Source of the DNA: Anaeromyxobacteraceae bacterium
GTDB taxonomy: Bacteria; Myxococcota; Myxococcia; Myxococcales; Anaeromyxobacteraceae
Length of the DNA: 64,000 nucleotides
Direction of reading: 5' to 3'
NCBI GenBank assembly: GCA_032654565.1
Contig: JAULAX010000010.1
Span: 1-64,000 of the forward strand
The notes below the pieces were generated by a model, which had not been told where the DNA came from, made no database searches, and worked only from the letters and a program-made list of their open reading frames with translations. The position numbers and the translations under genes are program-made. Below, piece after piece: positions 1 to 8,486 of the stretch (position 1 is the stretch's first letter; each line of letters starts with the position of its first letter).

Positions 1-63
1 CCGAAGCATTGGACCCCGGGTTTTCAGAAGCATGCCCCCGCGGGTCCGGCGGCGTGACGTGAT

Positions 64-846
64 CTACTTGCCGCTCTTGGCCTCGCTCTGTCCAGTCTTT
101 CGGCCGGGCTTGAGGCGTGTCCGGTACGACTCGCCCTCCATGACGAGGTCGTAGGCGTTCGAGGTGAAGCGGTCGATGGCGGCGTGGGCGCGCGCCGGGT
201 CGGCGAAGGTGGCGAGCCATTCGTCGGGGCCGCGGTTGGAGGTGATGATCATCGAGCCGGCGCGGTGGCGCTCGAAGATGATCTCGTGCGCATCGCGGCT
301 CTCCTGGACGTCCATGGCGTCCAGGCCGAAGTCGTCGATGATGAGCAGGTCGACGGCGAGCAGCGCGCGCAGCTCTCGCTCGTGGGTCTGGGTGAGGCGA
401 GCGTGCTTGAGGGTCTTCAGCATGGCGTCGGCGCTGACGGCCACGACCGAGTGGCCGCGGCGGCAGGCGACGTGGCCGAGCGCGTGGGCGAGGAAAGTCT
501 TGCCGACGCCGACGCTGCCGACGATGGCGACGTGGTTGTGGGCTTCGAGGAATCGCAGCGAGGCGAGCTCGTTGAGCAGCGCGCGGTCGTACTGGACCTT
601 GGACGTGCTGTCCCACCGCTCCAGCTGCGCCTCCATGTCGAGGTGGCCACGCTGCGCCCGGATGGTGGCGGCCTGGCCATCGCGCCGCGAGGCCTCGTCG
701 CCGAGGGCGAGCAGCAGCAGGTCCTGGTGCGGCATCTTCTGCTGGCGCGCGAGGGTGAGCCGCTCCGGCAGAGTGTCGAGCATTCGGGAGAGCTTGAGCC
801 GCTTCAGCACGGTCTTCAGATCGGGCGAGATGACGTCAGGGGTCAC
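64..846 (-). CDS. istB: IS21 helper ATPase IstB
   Basis: Walker A GSVGVGKT, Walker B LLIIDDFG, ITSN and AAIDR motifs, GESYR C-terminus. Confidence 0.95.
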   Translation of the reverse strand: MTPDVISPDLKTVLKRLKLSRMLDTLPERLTLARQQKMPHQDLLLLALGDEASRRDGQAATIRAQRGHLDMEAQLERWDSTSKVQYDRALLNELASLRFLEAHNHVAIVGSVGVGKTFLAHALGHVACRRGHSVVAVSADAMLKTLKHARLTQTHERELRALLAVDLLIIDDFGLDAMDVQESRDAHEIIFERHRAGSMIITSNRGPDEWLATFADPARAHAAIDRFTSNAYDLVMEGESYRTRLKPGRKTGQSEAKSGK

Positions 847-2419
847 GGTCTTCTCCTTCGATGGGCCGCTCGCGAGATGCGAGCGGCAGGGCGTACTGGC
901 TCGGCGGCCGAAGGTAGCGGGCCAGCGGGATCACGTTGGTGGGCCGTGGCGCGAGGCGCGTGTCGAGCCGGATGAGCTTGTCGAGGCGGGTCACGTCGAC
1001 CATGCCGGCGGCCAGCGCGGTCAGGCAGCCGGCGTCGACGCGCGCGCCGCCGAAGCGCTCGGCGAGCCCGATGAGCCGGTGGACCTGGCGCATCTTCATC
1101 CACGGCGCCGGCCCGGCAAGCAGCGCCTCGGCGTACTTGCTGACGTGCTCGCCGTGGCCGGCCGCCTTGCGGATCCAGAAGGCCCCGTCCCGCTGCGCCG
1201 TGGCCAGCGACTCGGCCGGGAAGTCGGCCGGGTCGATCGAGCGCTGGCCGGGTCCGACGCGGGGATGCGTTTTCACGAGCTGGCCGTGGAACCAGAAGCG
1301 GACCAGCTGCCGGTCGGCACGGGCGCGCAGGTACTTACGGCGGTAGTCGAGCGGGAGCGAGTAGAGGCCCTTGGCCACCTGCGCGAACTGGTCGGGTGCG
1401 ACCTTGGGATCGCACCAGACCGGCACATCGTATGGCGCCGAGGGCGGCGCCAGCAGCGCCGGCTTCTCCACGGCCTCGAAGTGCTCGAGCGGCAGCCTCA
1501 GCGTCGTCGAGTGGCGCCGGCAGCCGTACTCGCTCGCGCACCAGCCCAAGGCCCGCTCCCGCGCCGCCTCGATGGAGTGGAGCCGCTCGCCGCCGAAGCA
1601 GTCGTCGCGTACGGTCTGGACCGAGCGTTCGACGCGCGGCTTGTCCTTCGGGTGGCGCACCCGCGTGGTGTCGATGACGAAGCCACGCGCCTGCGAGTAC
1701 TCCAGGAAGGTCTCGTTCAGCTTCGGCTCGAGCGCATCAGCCGTCGTGACGATGGTCTTTGTGTTGTCGACGACGATGACCTTGAAGATCCCGCCGAAGA
1801 ATTCCCAGGCCGCCTCGCACGCCTCGATGGCGGTCACGGTGGTCTCGTGCAGCACCGGGTAGACGAAGCGATGGCGAGAAAGCCCGGACGTGAAGATCCA
1901 GGCACGGAAGCGGCGGCGGCGCCCGAGCAGGTCGGGCTCCAGCATCGTCATCCAGCCGGTGTCGACCTGGACCTCCGCGCCCGGCTCGCCGTCGGCGACC
2001 GGCACGGATGGCGGCGAGTGGCCGAAGCCGAGCTGCTCCAGCGCGAACCGGCGCAGCGTCTGGTAGCTGACGTTGACGCCCTCCCGGCCCAGCAGCTTGC
2101 GAACCTTGGTGAGCCGGACGCCGTGGTCGATGTGCTTCTCGATGAACGAGCGCCGGGCCTCGCAGGTCGCCCAACCGTCCCCGCGAGGGCGGCCGGTCGC
2201 CGGCTGCGTCGCGGTGAGCACGGCCGCCACCAACTCGTCGGTGAGCGCTGCGGCGCCATGCGCCTGCTCCACCCCGCACGCCTTCGCGGCGGCCAGGTAC
2301 CGGCGCACCGTCTTCACATCGAGGCCGAGTTGCTGGGCGATGCGCCGCTTCGGCACGCCACCCAGCCACTGCCTCAGGATCTCTTTGACCTCCAGCACCG
2401 TGACCTCGCGAAACGCCAT
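836..2419 (-). CDS. istA: IS21 DDE transposase IstA
   Basis: N-terminal HTH (RRIAQQLGLDVKTVRRYL); QVD, VDN and KDKPRVER catalytic motifs; overlaps istB. Confidence 0.95.
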   Translation of the reverse strand: MAFREVTVLEVKEILRQWLGGVPKRRIAQQLGLDVKTVRRYLAAAKACGVEQAHGAAALTDELVAAVLTATQPATGRPRGDGWATCEARRSFIEKHIDHGVRLTKVRKLLGREGVNVSYQTLRRFALEQLGFGHSPPSVPVADGEPGAEVQVDTGWMTMLEPDLLGRRRRFRAWIFTSGLSRHRFVYPVLHETTVTAIEACEAAWEFFGGIFKVIVVDNTKTIVTTADALEPKLNETFLEYSQARGFVIDTTRVRHPKDKPRVERSVQTVRDDCFGGERLHSIEAARERALGWCASEYGCRRHSTTLRLPLEHFEAVEKPALLAPPSAPYDVPVWCDPKVAPDQFAQVAKGLYSLPLDYRRKYLRARADRQLVRFWFHGQLVKTHPRVGPGQRSIDPADFPAESLATAQRDGAFWIRKAAGHGEHVSKYAEALLAGPAPWMKMRQVHRLIGLAERFGGARVDAGCLTALAAGMVDVTRLDKLIRLDTRLAPRPTNVIPLARYLRPPSQYALPLASRERPIEGEDRDP

Positions 2420-2565
2420 CGCCGCCTCCGTCCGTGGACGGCGGCATCGTGGCTGCTAGGTCACGCCAACGGGGGAGGGAATACTTCTGGAAATCCCTCA
2501 CGCCCAGGGGGGAATGCTTCTGAAAATCTCACGCGCCCGGGGTCCCTACCTTCTGGAAACCGACA

Positions 2566-2608
2566 TTCGGGACCAAGGGGTCGCAGGTTCAAATCCTGTC
2601 TCCCCGAC
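2566..2608 (+). repeat. tRNA-Pro(CGG) 3' half / att core, copy 1 (5' half absent, IS21 end immediately upstream)
   Basis: TTCGGGACCAAGGGGTCGCAGGTTCAAATCCTGTCTCCCCGAC: anticodon loop TT-CGG-GA, T-arm GGTTCAAATCC, acceptor 3' strand. Identical to 3928-3970. Confidence 0.88.
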
Positions 2609-2611
2609 TTG

Positions 2612-2664
2612 GAAGGCCTCGGAACGACGCGAGAAATCGTGTCGGTCCGGGGCCTTCTCTTTTT
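2612..2664 (+). terminator. Intrinsic terminator after tRNA fragment copy 1
   Basis: GAAGGCCTCGGA...TCCGGGGCCTTC stem followed by TCTTTTT. Confidence 0.7.
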
Positions 2665-2676
2665 ACTGACAGAAAA

Positions 2677-2850
2677 CTGTGAAGAGAATGTGCATGGCGG
2701 CTGCTCCGACCGGCGGGTTCTGCCTGGAAGATGGCCTCGCAAGTACCTGGAATCCATGGGGACCCGCGGGGTCACTCGGGTGGGAGCAGTGCGGGCGTTG
2801 GCGTCGTCCCAAGGAGCCGGGGGTTCTACTGGGAACCCCGAGGTGAGCGG
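2677..2850. repeat. Diverged ~175-bp att-arm-like block, copy 1
   Basis: Colinear with 5073-5245 (shared CTGTG.AGAGA.TGT.CATGGCG, TCCGACCGGC, CCTCGCAAGTACC.GGAATCCATGGGGAC, TTCTACTGGGA...GAGGTGAG). Confidence 0.8.
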
Positions 2851-2933
2851 GTCGGCCAAAGCCGGGGCTGCTGAGGACATGACGCTCCCCAGCAAGGCAG
2901 GGCCATGCACTCCGGGAGAGGCAAGGTCGAGCG

Positions 2934-2971
2934 CTTGAACACTTGACGTTCAAGTGTGTTGTGACTAGTCT
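2934..2971 (+). promoter_or_regulatory. higBA promoter with palindromic operator
   Basis: TTGACG(2943)-N17-TAGTCT(2966). Inverted repeats CTTGAAC-N7-GTTCAAG and ACACTTGA-N3-TCAAGTGT overlap the -35. Predicted +1 falls near the GTG start. Confidence 0.65.
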
Positions 2972-2977
2972 GCCCCC

Positions 2978-3268
2978 GTGATCGTCAGCTACCAGGATGA
3001 CGCGACCCGGGACATCCATGTCGGCGAGGAGTCCAAGGCCGCCCGTCGCTACGCGGTGGCGGTTCGAAAGGCTGCTCGTCGCAAGCTCGACCTCGTGGGA
3101 GCGGCTGTCGAGATCCGCGACCTGGCCGTCCCTCCCGGGAATCGGCTGGAGCAACTCCACGGCGATCTGGCGGGGTTCTACAGCATCCGGGTGAACGACC
3201 AGTACCGGATCATCTTCAAGCTCCAGGCGGGGAACGCCTCGCAGGTTCAACTCATCGACTACCACTGA
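2978..3268 (+). CDS. higB: HigB-type (RelE/ParE family, plasmid maintenance killer) toxin
   Basis: MIVSY start, PPGNRLEQLHGDLAGFYSIRVNDQYRIIF and IDYH end; upstream of an HTH antitoxin. Confidence 0.92.
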   Translation: MIVSYQDDATRDIHVGEESKAARRYAVAVRKAARRKLDLVGAAVEIRDLAVPPGNRLEQLHGDLAGFYSIRVNDQYRIIFKLQAGNASQVQLIDYH

Positions 3269-3279
3269 AGGGACGAAGC

Positions 3280-3612
3280 ATGCTCACCACCGCCACCATG
3301 AAGCGCCGCCCGACGCCTCCAGGGGAGATGCTCCTCGAGGAGTTCCTGCGGCCCGCCGGTATCACGCAGGTGGAACTGGCCGCCCGCATGGGCGTCCCGA
3401 TCCAGCGGGTCAACGGAGTCATCGCCGGCCGGCGCGCCGTCACGGCCGAGACGGCGGTCCTGCTCTCGCGCGCCCTGGGGACCACCCCCACGCTCTGGCT
3501 GAACCTCCAGGGCGCCGTCGATCTCTGGGATGCCGAGCAGAAGCTCGGCCCTGCCCGGCCCTCCCGTCGCCGTGGGACTTCGGGGCATCGGACCTCCCTC
3601 GCCCACCGGTAG
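3280..3612 (+). CDS. higA: HigA antitoxin (addiction module antidote, XRE HTH)
   Basis: PTPPGEMLLEEFLRP, ITQVELA, GTTPTLWLNLQ; start may be the ATG at 3298. Confidence 0.92.
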   Translation: MLTTATMKRRPTPPGEMLLEEFLRPAGITQVELAARMGVPIQRVNGVIAGRRAVTAETAVLLSRALGTTPTLWLNLQGAVDLWDAEQKLGPARPSRRRGTSGHRTSLAHR

Positions 3613-3615
3613 TCC

Positions 3616-3768
3616 TCAAGAACGAGGGACCAGCGCCGCGTCGACCCTGATCGCTCCTGACGACACCCTCGGCGCCGGCAGCCGCCCCTCGTCGATCATC
3701 CGGTAGACCGTCGCCCGGCAGACTCGGAGCCGCTCGGCCACCTCCCGGACCGTCAGGTAATGCGGCAC
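3616..3768 (-). CDS. Excisionase-type (HTH_17/MerR-like) DNA-binding domain, possibly the C-terminal part of an att-split gene
   Basis: YLTVREVAERLRVCRATVYRMIDEGRLPA; the frame stays open back through the att core to 3972. Confidence 0.75.
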   Translation of the reverse strand: MPHYLTVREVAERLRVCRATVYRMIDEGRLPAPRVSSGAIRVDAALVPRS

Positions 3769-3927
3769 GGACTCCGGGTTCTGTGCAGAGAATGTGCATG
3801 AGCCGATGGAACCGGGGCGATCCGAGGCGAGTGGATAGGAACGGCCCCACCCACCAGCCCCCGTAGTTCCGGCCCCTTGCGCAGCCGTTGGAGCCCTGGC
3901 GACCCGGTGCGATCCCACCCCTGAAAT

Positions 3928-3970
3928 TTCGGGACCAAGGGGTCGCAGGTTCAAATCCTGTCTCCCCGAC
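3928..3970 (+). repeat. tRNA-Pro(CGG) 3' half / att core, copy 2
   Basis: Exact 43-bp direct repeat of 2566-2608; no tRNA 5' half upstream. Confidence 0.9.
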
Positions 3971-3975
3971 ATATT

Positions 3976-4015
3976 GGCCCGGCGATCCGAAAGGATCGCC
4001 GGGCCGTTCCCTTTT
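3976..4015 (+). terminator. Intrinsic terminator after tRNA fragment copy 2
   Basis: Perfect stem GGCCCGGCGATCC-GAAA-GGATCGCCGGGCC followed by GTTCCCTTTT. Confidence 0.75.
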
Positions 4016-4067
4016 GTGGGGAACCGGCGGACCTCGAGGGGGCCGCGACCGACAGCATGCCAACCGC

Positions 4068-4457
4068 CTACCGGACGTCGAGTGCCGGGACTGCTGAAGA
4101 CTTTCCCCTTCGAGAGATGGCTGGGGGGCGGACGACCAAGCGCCCCGGGTGGCTTCCTGAAACAGAGTCGCCACCGACCACGATATCCACGTCCCGCCCC
4201 AGTCGGAGGAGGAACAGGAGGAGCCGCTCGGTCGAGAAGCGGGTGAGCCGGCCGCGCAGGAGCTCCGAGACCTTGGGCTGGTCGATGCCGAGGATCTTGG
4301 CCGCCGCCGTCTGGGTGAGGCGGCGGGCCCGAAGTGCCTGGGCGATGATCGCGGCCAACTCGGACTTGGCGAGCGCTTCGGAGGGCTCGGTGACCTGCAG
4401 GTCCTCGAAGACGTTTCCGCTGCTCCTGTTGTAAGTGGGCTTGGCGCTCCTGGTCAT
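4068..4457 (-). CDS. XRE-family HTH antitoxin (HigA2-like)
   Basis: SSGNVFEDL, LTQTAAAKILGIDQPKVSELLRGRLTRFS, LGRDVDIVV; ATGA overlap with the toxin. Confidence 0.88.
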   Translation of the reverse strand: MTRSAKPTYNRSSGNVFEDLQVTEPSEALAKSELAAIIAQALRARRLTQTAAAKILGIDQPKVSELLRGRLTRFSTERLLLFLLRLGRDVDIVVGGDSVSGSHPGRLVVRPPAISRRGKSSAVPALDVR

Positions 4458-4861
4458 GGCTTCTTCCCTCCTGCCTGCTCCCGCTTGGCCTTGTCGATCA
4501 ACTCGGCGTCGCCGAGTCGCTTCCTGATGAGCTCCAGATCGCGCTGGTCGGTCGCGATGCCCTTGTGTGCCTTCTTCTGGAAGGCATGCAGGGCGTAGAC
4601 GCCGCTCTCCAGCTTCACCGTGTAGACCGCCCGGAAGGTGTTCCCGTCGTGGTTCTCGACCACCTCCAGCACGCCGGCCCCCTGGAAGCCGCGGAGCGGC
4701 TTGGCGTCCGGCGACTTGTCGCCGAGCTGTGCAAGGTGCAGGGCATGGCCCATCTCCAGCCGAACCTCCTCCGGGAAGGTCCGGAGCTCATCGAGGGTGC
4801 TGCCGACCCAGAACAGCGCGCGGCGTCGAGGCGGCTTGGGTGGATATACCATTTTAGGCAT
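4454..4861 (-). CDS. RelE/ParE-family (Gp49-like) toxin
   Basis: WVGS, KPLRGF-GAGVLEV, FRAVYTV, LHAFQKK; start may be the ATG at 4852. Confidence 0.88.
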   Translation of the reverse strand: MPKMVYPPKPPRRRALFWVGSTLDELRTFPEEVRLEMGHALHLAQLGDKSPDAKPLRGFQGAGVLEVVENHDGNTFRAVYTVKLESGVYALHAFQKKAHKGIATDQRDLELIRKRLGDAELIDKAKREQAGGKKP

Positions 4862-4862
4862 A
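4845..4862 (-). promoter_or_regulatory. Palindromic operator / -10-like box at the start of the second TA operon
   Basis: Minus strand reads TATGCC-TAAAAT-GGTATA. Confidence 0.45.
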
Positions 4863-4934
4863 GGCGGACAACCCCCCTCTCAGGCCCTCACTCGCGGCGC
4901 GCTGGGGCCAGGAGGGCGACCAGATTCTCCACCG

Positions 4935-5060
4935 GCACCCTGACCGTGCCCGACGACACCCTCGCAGCCGGCAGTCGCCCCTCGTCGATCATCCGGTAGA
5001 CCGTCGCGGGCAGACCCGGAGTCGCTCCGCCACCTCCCGGACCGTCAAGAATCAGGGCAC
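4935..5060 (-). pseudogene. Degenerate second copy of the excisionase-type HTH
   Basis: Highly similar to 3655-3770 (CGCCCCTCGTCGATCATCCGGTAGACCGTCGC), with a 1-nt indel and no intact ORF. Confidence 0.75.
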
Positions 5061-5072
5061 GGACTCAGGGTC

Positions 5073-5245
5073 CTGTGCAGAGACTGTCCATGGCGCCTGG
5101 TCCGACCGGCCGGCTCTGCATGGAGTGGCGCCTCGCAAGTACCCGGAATCCATGGGGACGCGCGGAGCGGTGCGGGCTGGAGCAGGGCCGACGTTGGCCT
5201 CAACCCACGGGGCCGGGGTTTCTACTGGGATCCTGAGGTGAGTCG
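5073..5245. repeat. Diverged ~175-bp att-arm-like block, copy 2
   Basis: Colinear with 2677-2850; the first 20 bp also match 3781-3800. Confidence 0.8.
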
Positions 5246-5306
5246 GGCTTCCGGTGGGCGGCCCGCTGCCGCGGCTGGAGCGGATCCGGCCCGGCGGACA
5301 GCCTGA

Positions 5307-5760
5307 CTACGCGGCCGGACTTCTCGGAGGACGAGCAGTCTTCAGTGGGCGGCCGTCTGCGTCGGCCGGCTTGGCCTTCGGCCAGTACCAGACGATGAAG
5401 AACAAGTAAGCGAGCGCCCATCCGGCCGAGACCATCCGAGCTTCGTGGGCCAGCTGCCAGCCGTACTCGGCCTCGGTCAGCTCGCGGATCAGGCGACCGT
5501 GGCTGTGGAGTATGTACCTACGGTCCCAGATGGACGGCGTCCCGGCCCGGCTCAGCACCAGAAGCGCCACGAACTGGACCATGAAGTAAACGTAGCTCCA
5601 GACGATCGCCCTTCGACCCCAGGTCGGTCCGACCTCCTGGTGTCGCGCGGAGGCTCGCGGCGGGCAGGCCACCAGGCGGCCGTTCCGGATCTTCCAGTTC
5701 TTCGCCGAGAAGGCGGCTGGAACACGGCCAACGCGAAGATTCCGAGGTGCAGGAAGACGA
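5307..5760 (-). pseudogene. Probable frameshifted membrane-protein gene
   Basis: Hydrophobic segments (AIVWSYVYFMVQFVALLVL, WALAYLFFIVWYW); an upstream FLHLGIFALAV segment lies in another frame. Confidence 0.4.
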
Positions 5761-5809
5761 ACTCCTGCGCAACGGCCGGCTCCAGAAGAACGCCGAGATC
5801 ACGCCCGCC

Positions 5810-6625
5810 ATGCTCCTCTCCGGTCTCCTGCTCGAGCAGGGGCCGCTCGGCCTCCTCCTGGCGGCCGCCGGGGCCTTCCACCTGCTGGCCCGGCGCGAGG
5901 GCCGGGAGGCGCGCTGGCTCGGCGTGGCCATGGTGCTGGTGCTCGTCGCCCTGTCGCTCGCCGGGGGGAAGCCCTACTACCTGGGGCCCGCCTTCCCGCC
6001 CCTCTTCGCCGCCGGCGCGGTGCTGGCCGAGGCCCTGCTGCCGGCCTGGCGCCCCCTGCGCGTCGCGGCCGTGGCGCTCACCGCTGGCCTCGTGCTGCCC
6101 GCCGCCCCCATCGCCATCCCGCTGCTCGAGCCGTCCACGACCGTGGCCTGGATGGAGCGGCTCGGGGTGGCGCCGGTGCGCACCGAGCGGGCCTTCACGC
6201 AGCCGCTGCCACAGCACCAGGCCGACCAGCTCGGCTGGCCCGGGCAGGTGGCCGCCGTCCGGGCGGTGGTGGAGGGGCTGCCGCCGGGCGAGCGAGCCAC
6301 GTCGCCGTGGATCTCACACCACCAACTACGGGCGGTAGCCGCGGCAAGAACGAGGGACCCGCGCCGCGGTCGCCGCGCGTCAGCCCGCGACCACAACCCG
6401 CACCGCCGGCAGTCGCCCCTCGTCGACCTGACCGCGCTGGTGGCTCGCCGGCTGGGTGGCCGGAGGGAGGACTACGCCAGCGACTTCGGCGAGGTCGAGC
6501 TGGCGGGTCGAACGCCGGCGTTGCCGGACGGCATGCCCTACGAGTCGGCGGTCCCGGTGTACGTGCTGCGCGGGCCGCGCGCGCCGGTCGCCGAGCTGTT
6601 CAAGGCCAGCAAGAACTACCAGTGA
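5810..6625 (+). pseudogene. 3' fragment of a GT39/ArnT-like membrane glycosyltransferase, degraded
   Basis: GGKPYYLGPAFPPLFAAGA, LPQHQADQLGWP; TTNYG in a shifted frame; MPYE near the C-terminus; N-terminal half missing. Confidence 0.65.
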
Positions 6626-6637
6626 GGGCCCGCCGGG

Positions 6638-8476
6638 CTATCGAGCCGGTGCCGGCGAGCCCGACCGGACCTTCTCCGCCGCGATCCAGGCCACCAGCCG
6701 CGACTCCAGCACGTCGAGCGGCAGGCTGCCGCCGCCCAGCACCACGTCGTGGAAGCGACGCAGGTCGAAGGCCGGCCCGAGCTCGAGGGTGGCTCGCTCA
6801 CGCAGCGCCAGGATCTGGAGCTGCCCCACCTTGTAGGCCAGCGCCTGGCCCGGCCAGACGATGTAGCGGTCGGTCTCGGCCTGCAGGTCCACCTCGTCGA
6901 TGGCCGAGTGGGCGTGGAAGAAGTCCACGACCTGCTGGCGGGTCCACCTCTTGGCGTGCAGCCCGGTGTCCACCACCAGCCGGATGGCGCGCAGCATCTC
7001 GTCCTCCAGGTGGCCGTAATAGCTGGCCAGCTCCTGGAAGCGCCCCACCTCCCGGCCGAGCCGCTCCGAGTAGAGGGCCCAGCCCTCGGCGTAGGCGCTG
7101 GAGCCGAGCCAGAAGCGGCGCTGCATCGGCAGCCCCTCCAGCTCCTGCTGGATGGCGATCTGCATGTGATGTCCCGGGATCGCCTCGTGGTAGGCGGTCG
7201 ACTCGAAGGTGATGGTCTTGCGGTGGGCGAAGTCGCCGGTGTTCACCTCGATGCGCCCGGGGCGGGAGCCGTCCGGGGAGGCGGCCTGGTACTGGGCGCC
7301 GGCCGCCTCCTTCTCACGGAAGGGCTCGACCGCCACGACCACGAAGTCGGCCTTGGGGAGCCGGCCGAAGAGCCTGGGCAGCTCTTTCTTCATGGCGTCG
7401 AGGTGGCCGCGGTAGATCTCCAGGATCTGCTCCCGGGAGGTGGGCCGGAGCTTCGGGTCGGCGTCGATGGCGGCGCGGTACGACTTGAGATCCGGGGAGC
7501 CGGCCTGCCTGGCGATCGCCAGCATCTCGCTCTCGATGCGGGTCACCTCGCGCAGGCCGAGCTCGTGGATCTGGTCTGGCGTGAGCCTGGTGGTGGTGGA
7601 CTCCTTGGCGCGGAAGGCGTAGCGGGCGGCGCCGTCGGGCAGGGACCAGGCGCCCACCTCGGTGCGGCCCAGCGGCGCGTACTCGTCCTTCACGAACCTG
7701 GCGAAGCGGAGGTAGGCGGGGAGGACGTCGTCCTTCACGGCGGCCAGCAGCGCGGCGCGCAGCCGGGCCTGCTCGGCCACCGGCAGGTCCTGGGGCAGCT
7801 GCGCCAGGCAGCGGGCGAAGGGGGTCTTCTCGGGCTCGAGGGCGCCGAGGCCGCCCGCCTGCGCGGCCACCTTCTCCAGCAGGAAGCGGGGCGGCATGAG
7901 GCCGGCCGCCATGCCGAGCCGCATGTTGGCGATGGTGTCGTCGAACTGTCGCGGCAGGTTCTTGAGGCGCGTGGTCCAGTCCTCGAAGTCCTTGGCGGTC
8001 TTGAAGCGCAGCAGGCTGGAGAACTGGGCCGCCTGGAGGTGGATGCCGCTCATCTGGTTGACCGGCATCTTCCAGCCCTCGAAGCGGGCCCCCTCCAGCT
8101 GCTCCTCGAAGGCCCGCATCATCAGGGTGCGGGTCAGCGCCTCCTGCTCGGTGAGGCCGGCCAGGTCGAGGGACCGGAACCGGGCCAGGAACTCCTTCGA
8201 GCGCTCCAGGTGCCTGGCCACCGCCGCGGCCGAGAGGTCCGACGACCTGTCGTTGAAGCGGGGGTCCCCCAGGATCGAGGCGTACTCCGGCGTGCGGGAG
8301 AGGAAGTACTCCCAGTGGTCGGAGAGGAGCGCGTCGAGCGCCTTCCGGTTGGCCTCGCCGCGGGCGGCGGTGGTGAGGGCGGCCGCGGGCGGCGCGGCCG
8401 GGCGCGACGCCGTGGTGGCGGCGCAGGCGCAGAGCGAGGCCACGGCGACGACGAGGGCGACGGTGACGTGGCGCAT
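6638..8476 (-). CDS. DUF885 family lipoprotein (putative metallopeptidase)
   Basis: Lipobox-like LCAC, YHEAIPGHH, AYAEGWALYSE, PGQALAYKVG. Confidence 0.9.
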   Translation of the reverse strand: MRHVTVALVVAVASLCACAATTASRPAAPPAAALTTAARGEANRKALDALLSDHWEYFLSRTPEYASILGDPRFNDRSSDLSAAAVARHLERSKEFLARFRSLDLAGLTEQEALTRTLMMRAFEEQLEGARFEGWKMPVNQMSGIHLQAAQFSSLLRFKTAKDFEDWTTRLKNLPRQFDDTIANMRLGMAAGLMPPRFLLEKVAAQAGGLGALEPEKTPFARCLAQLPQDLPVAEQARLRAALLAAVKDDVLPAYLRFARFVKDEYAPLGRTEVGAWSLPDGAARYAFRAKESTTTRLTPDQIHELGLREVTRIESEMLAIARQAGSPDLKSYRAAIDADPKLRPTSREQILEIYRGHLDAMKKELPRLFGRLPKADFVVVAVEPFREKEAAGAQYQAASPDGSRPGRIEVNTGDFAHRKTITFESTAYHEAIPGHHMQIAIQQELEGLPMQRRFWLGSSAYAEGWALYSERLGREVGRFQELASYYGHLEDEMLRAIRLVVDTGLHAKRWTRQQVVDFFHAHSAIDEVDLQAETDRYIVWPGQALAYKVGQLQILALRERATLELGPAFDLRRFHDVVLGGGSLPLDVLESRLVAWIAAEKVRSGSPAPAR

Positions 8477-8486
8477 GTGGTTCCCC

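Larger units (their letters stand above)
1..2565 (-). mobile_element. IS21-family insertion sequence (other end lies just outside the window)
   Basis: Overlapping istA-istB pair. The terminus reads TGTCGGTTTCCAGAAG on the minus strand from 2565 (TG end typical of IS21). Subterminal repeats CTTCTG(G/A)AAA at 2484, 2517 and 2550 (33-bp period); inverted copy TTTTCAGAAG at 21-30. Confidence 0.92.

Noticed and set aside
2566..2608. Intact tRNA-Pro genes at 2566 and 3928
   Set aside because: Only the anticodon loop onward is present; no D-arm or 5' acceptor strand in the window.
164..2938. 924-aa plus-strand ORF and similar giant ORFs (7896-13652 N-terminal part, 39370-42834, 45961-50652, 46221-49307, 59868-63122)
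   Set aside because: Shadow frames of real genes, caused by stop-codon scarcity at high GC; Arg/Pro/Gly-rich with no motifs.
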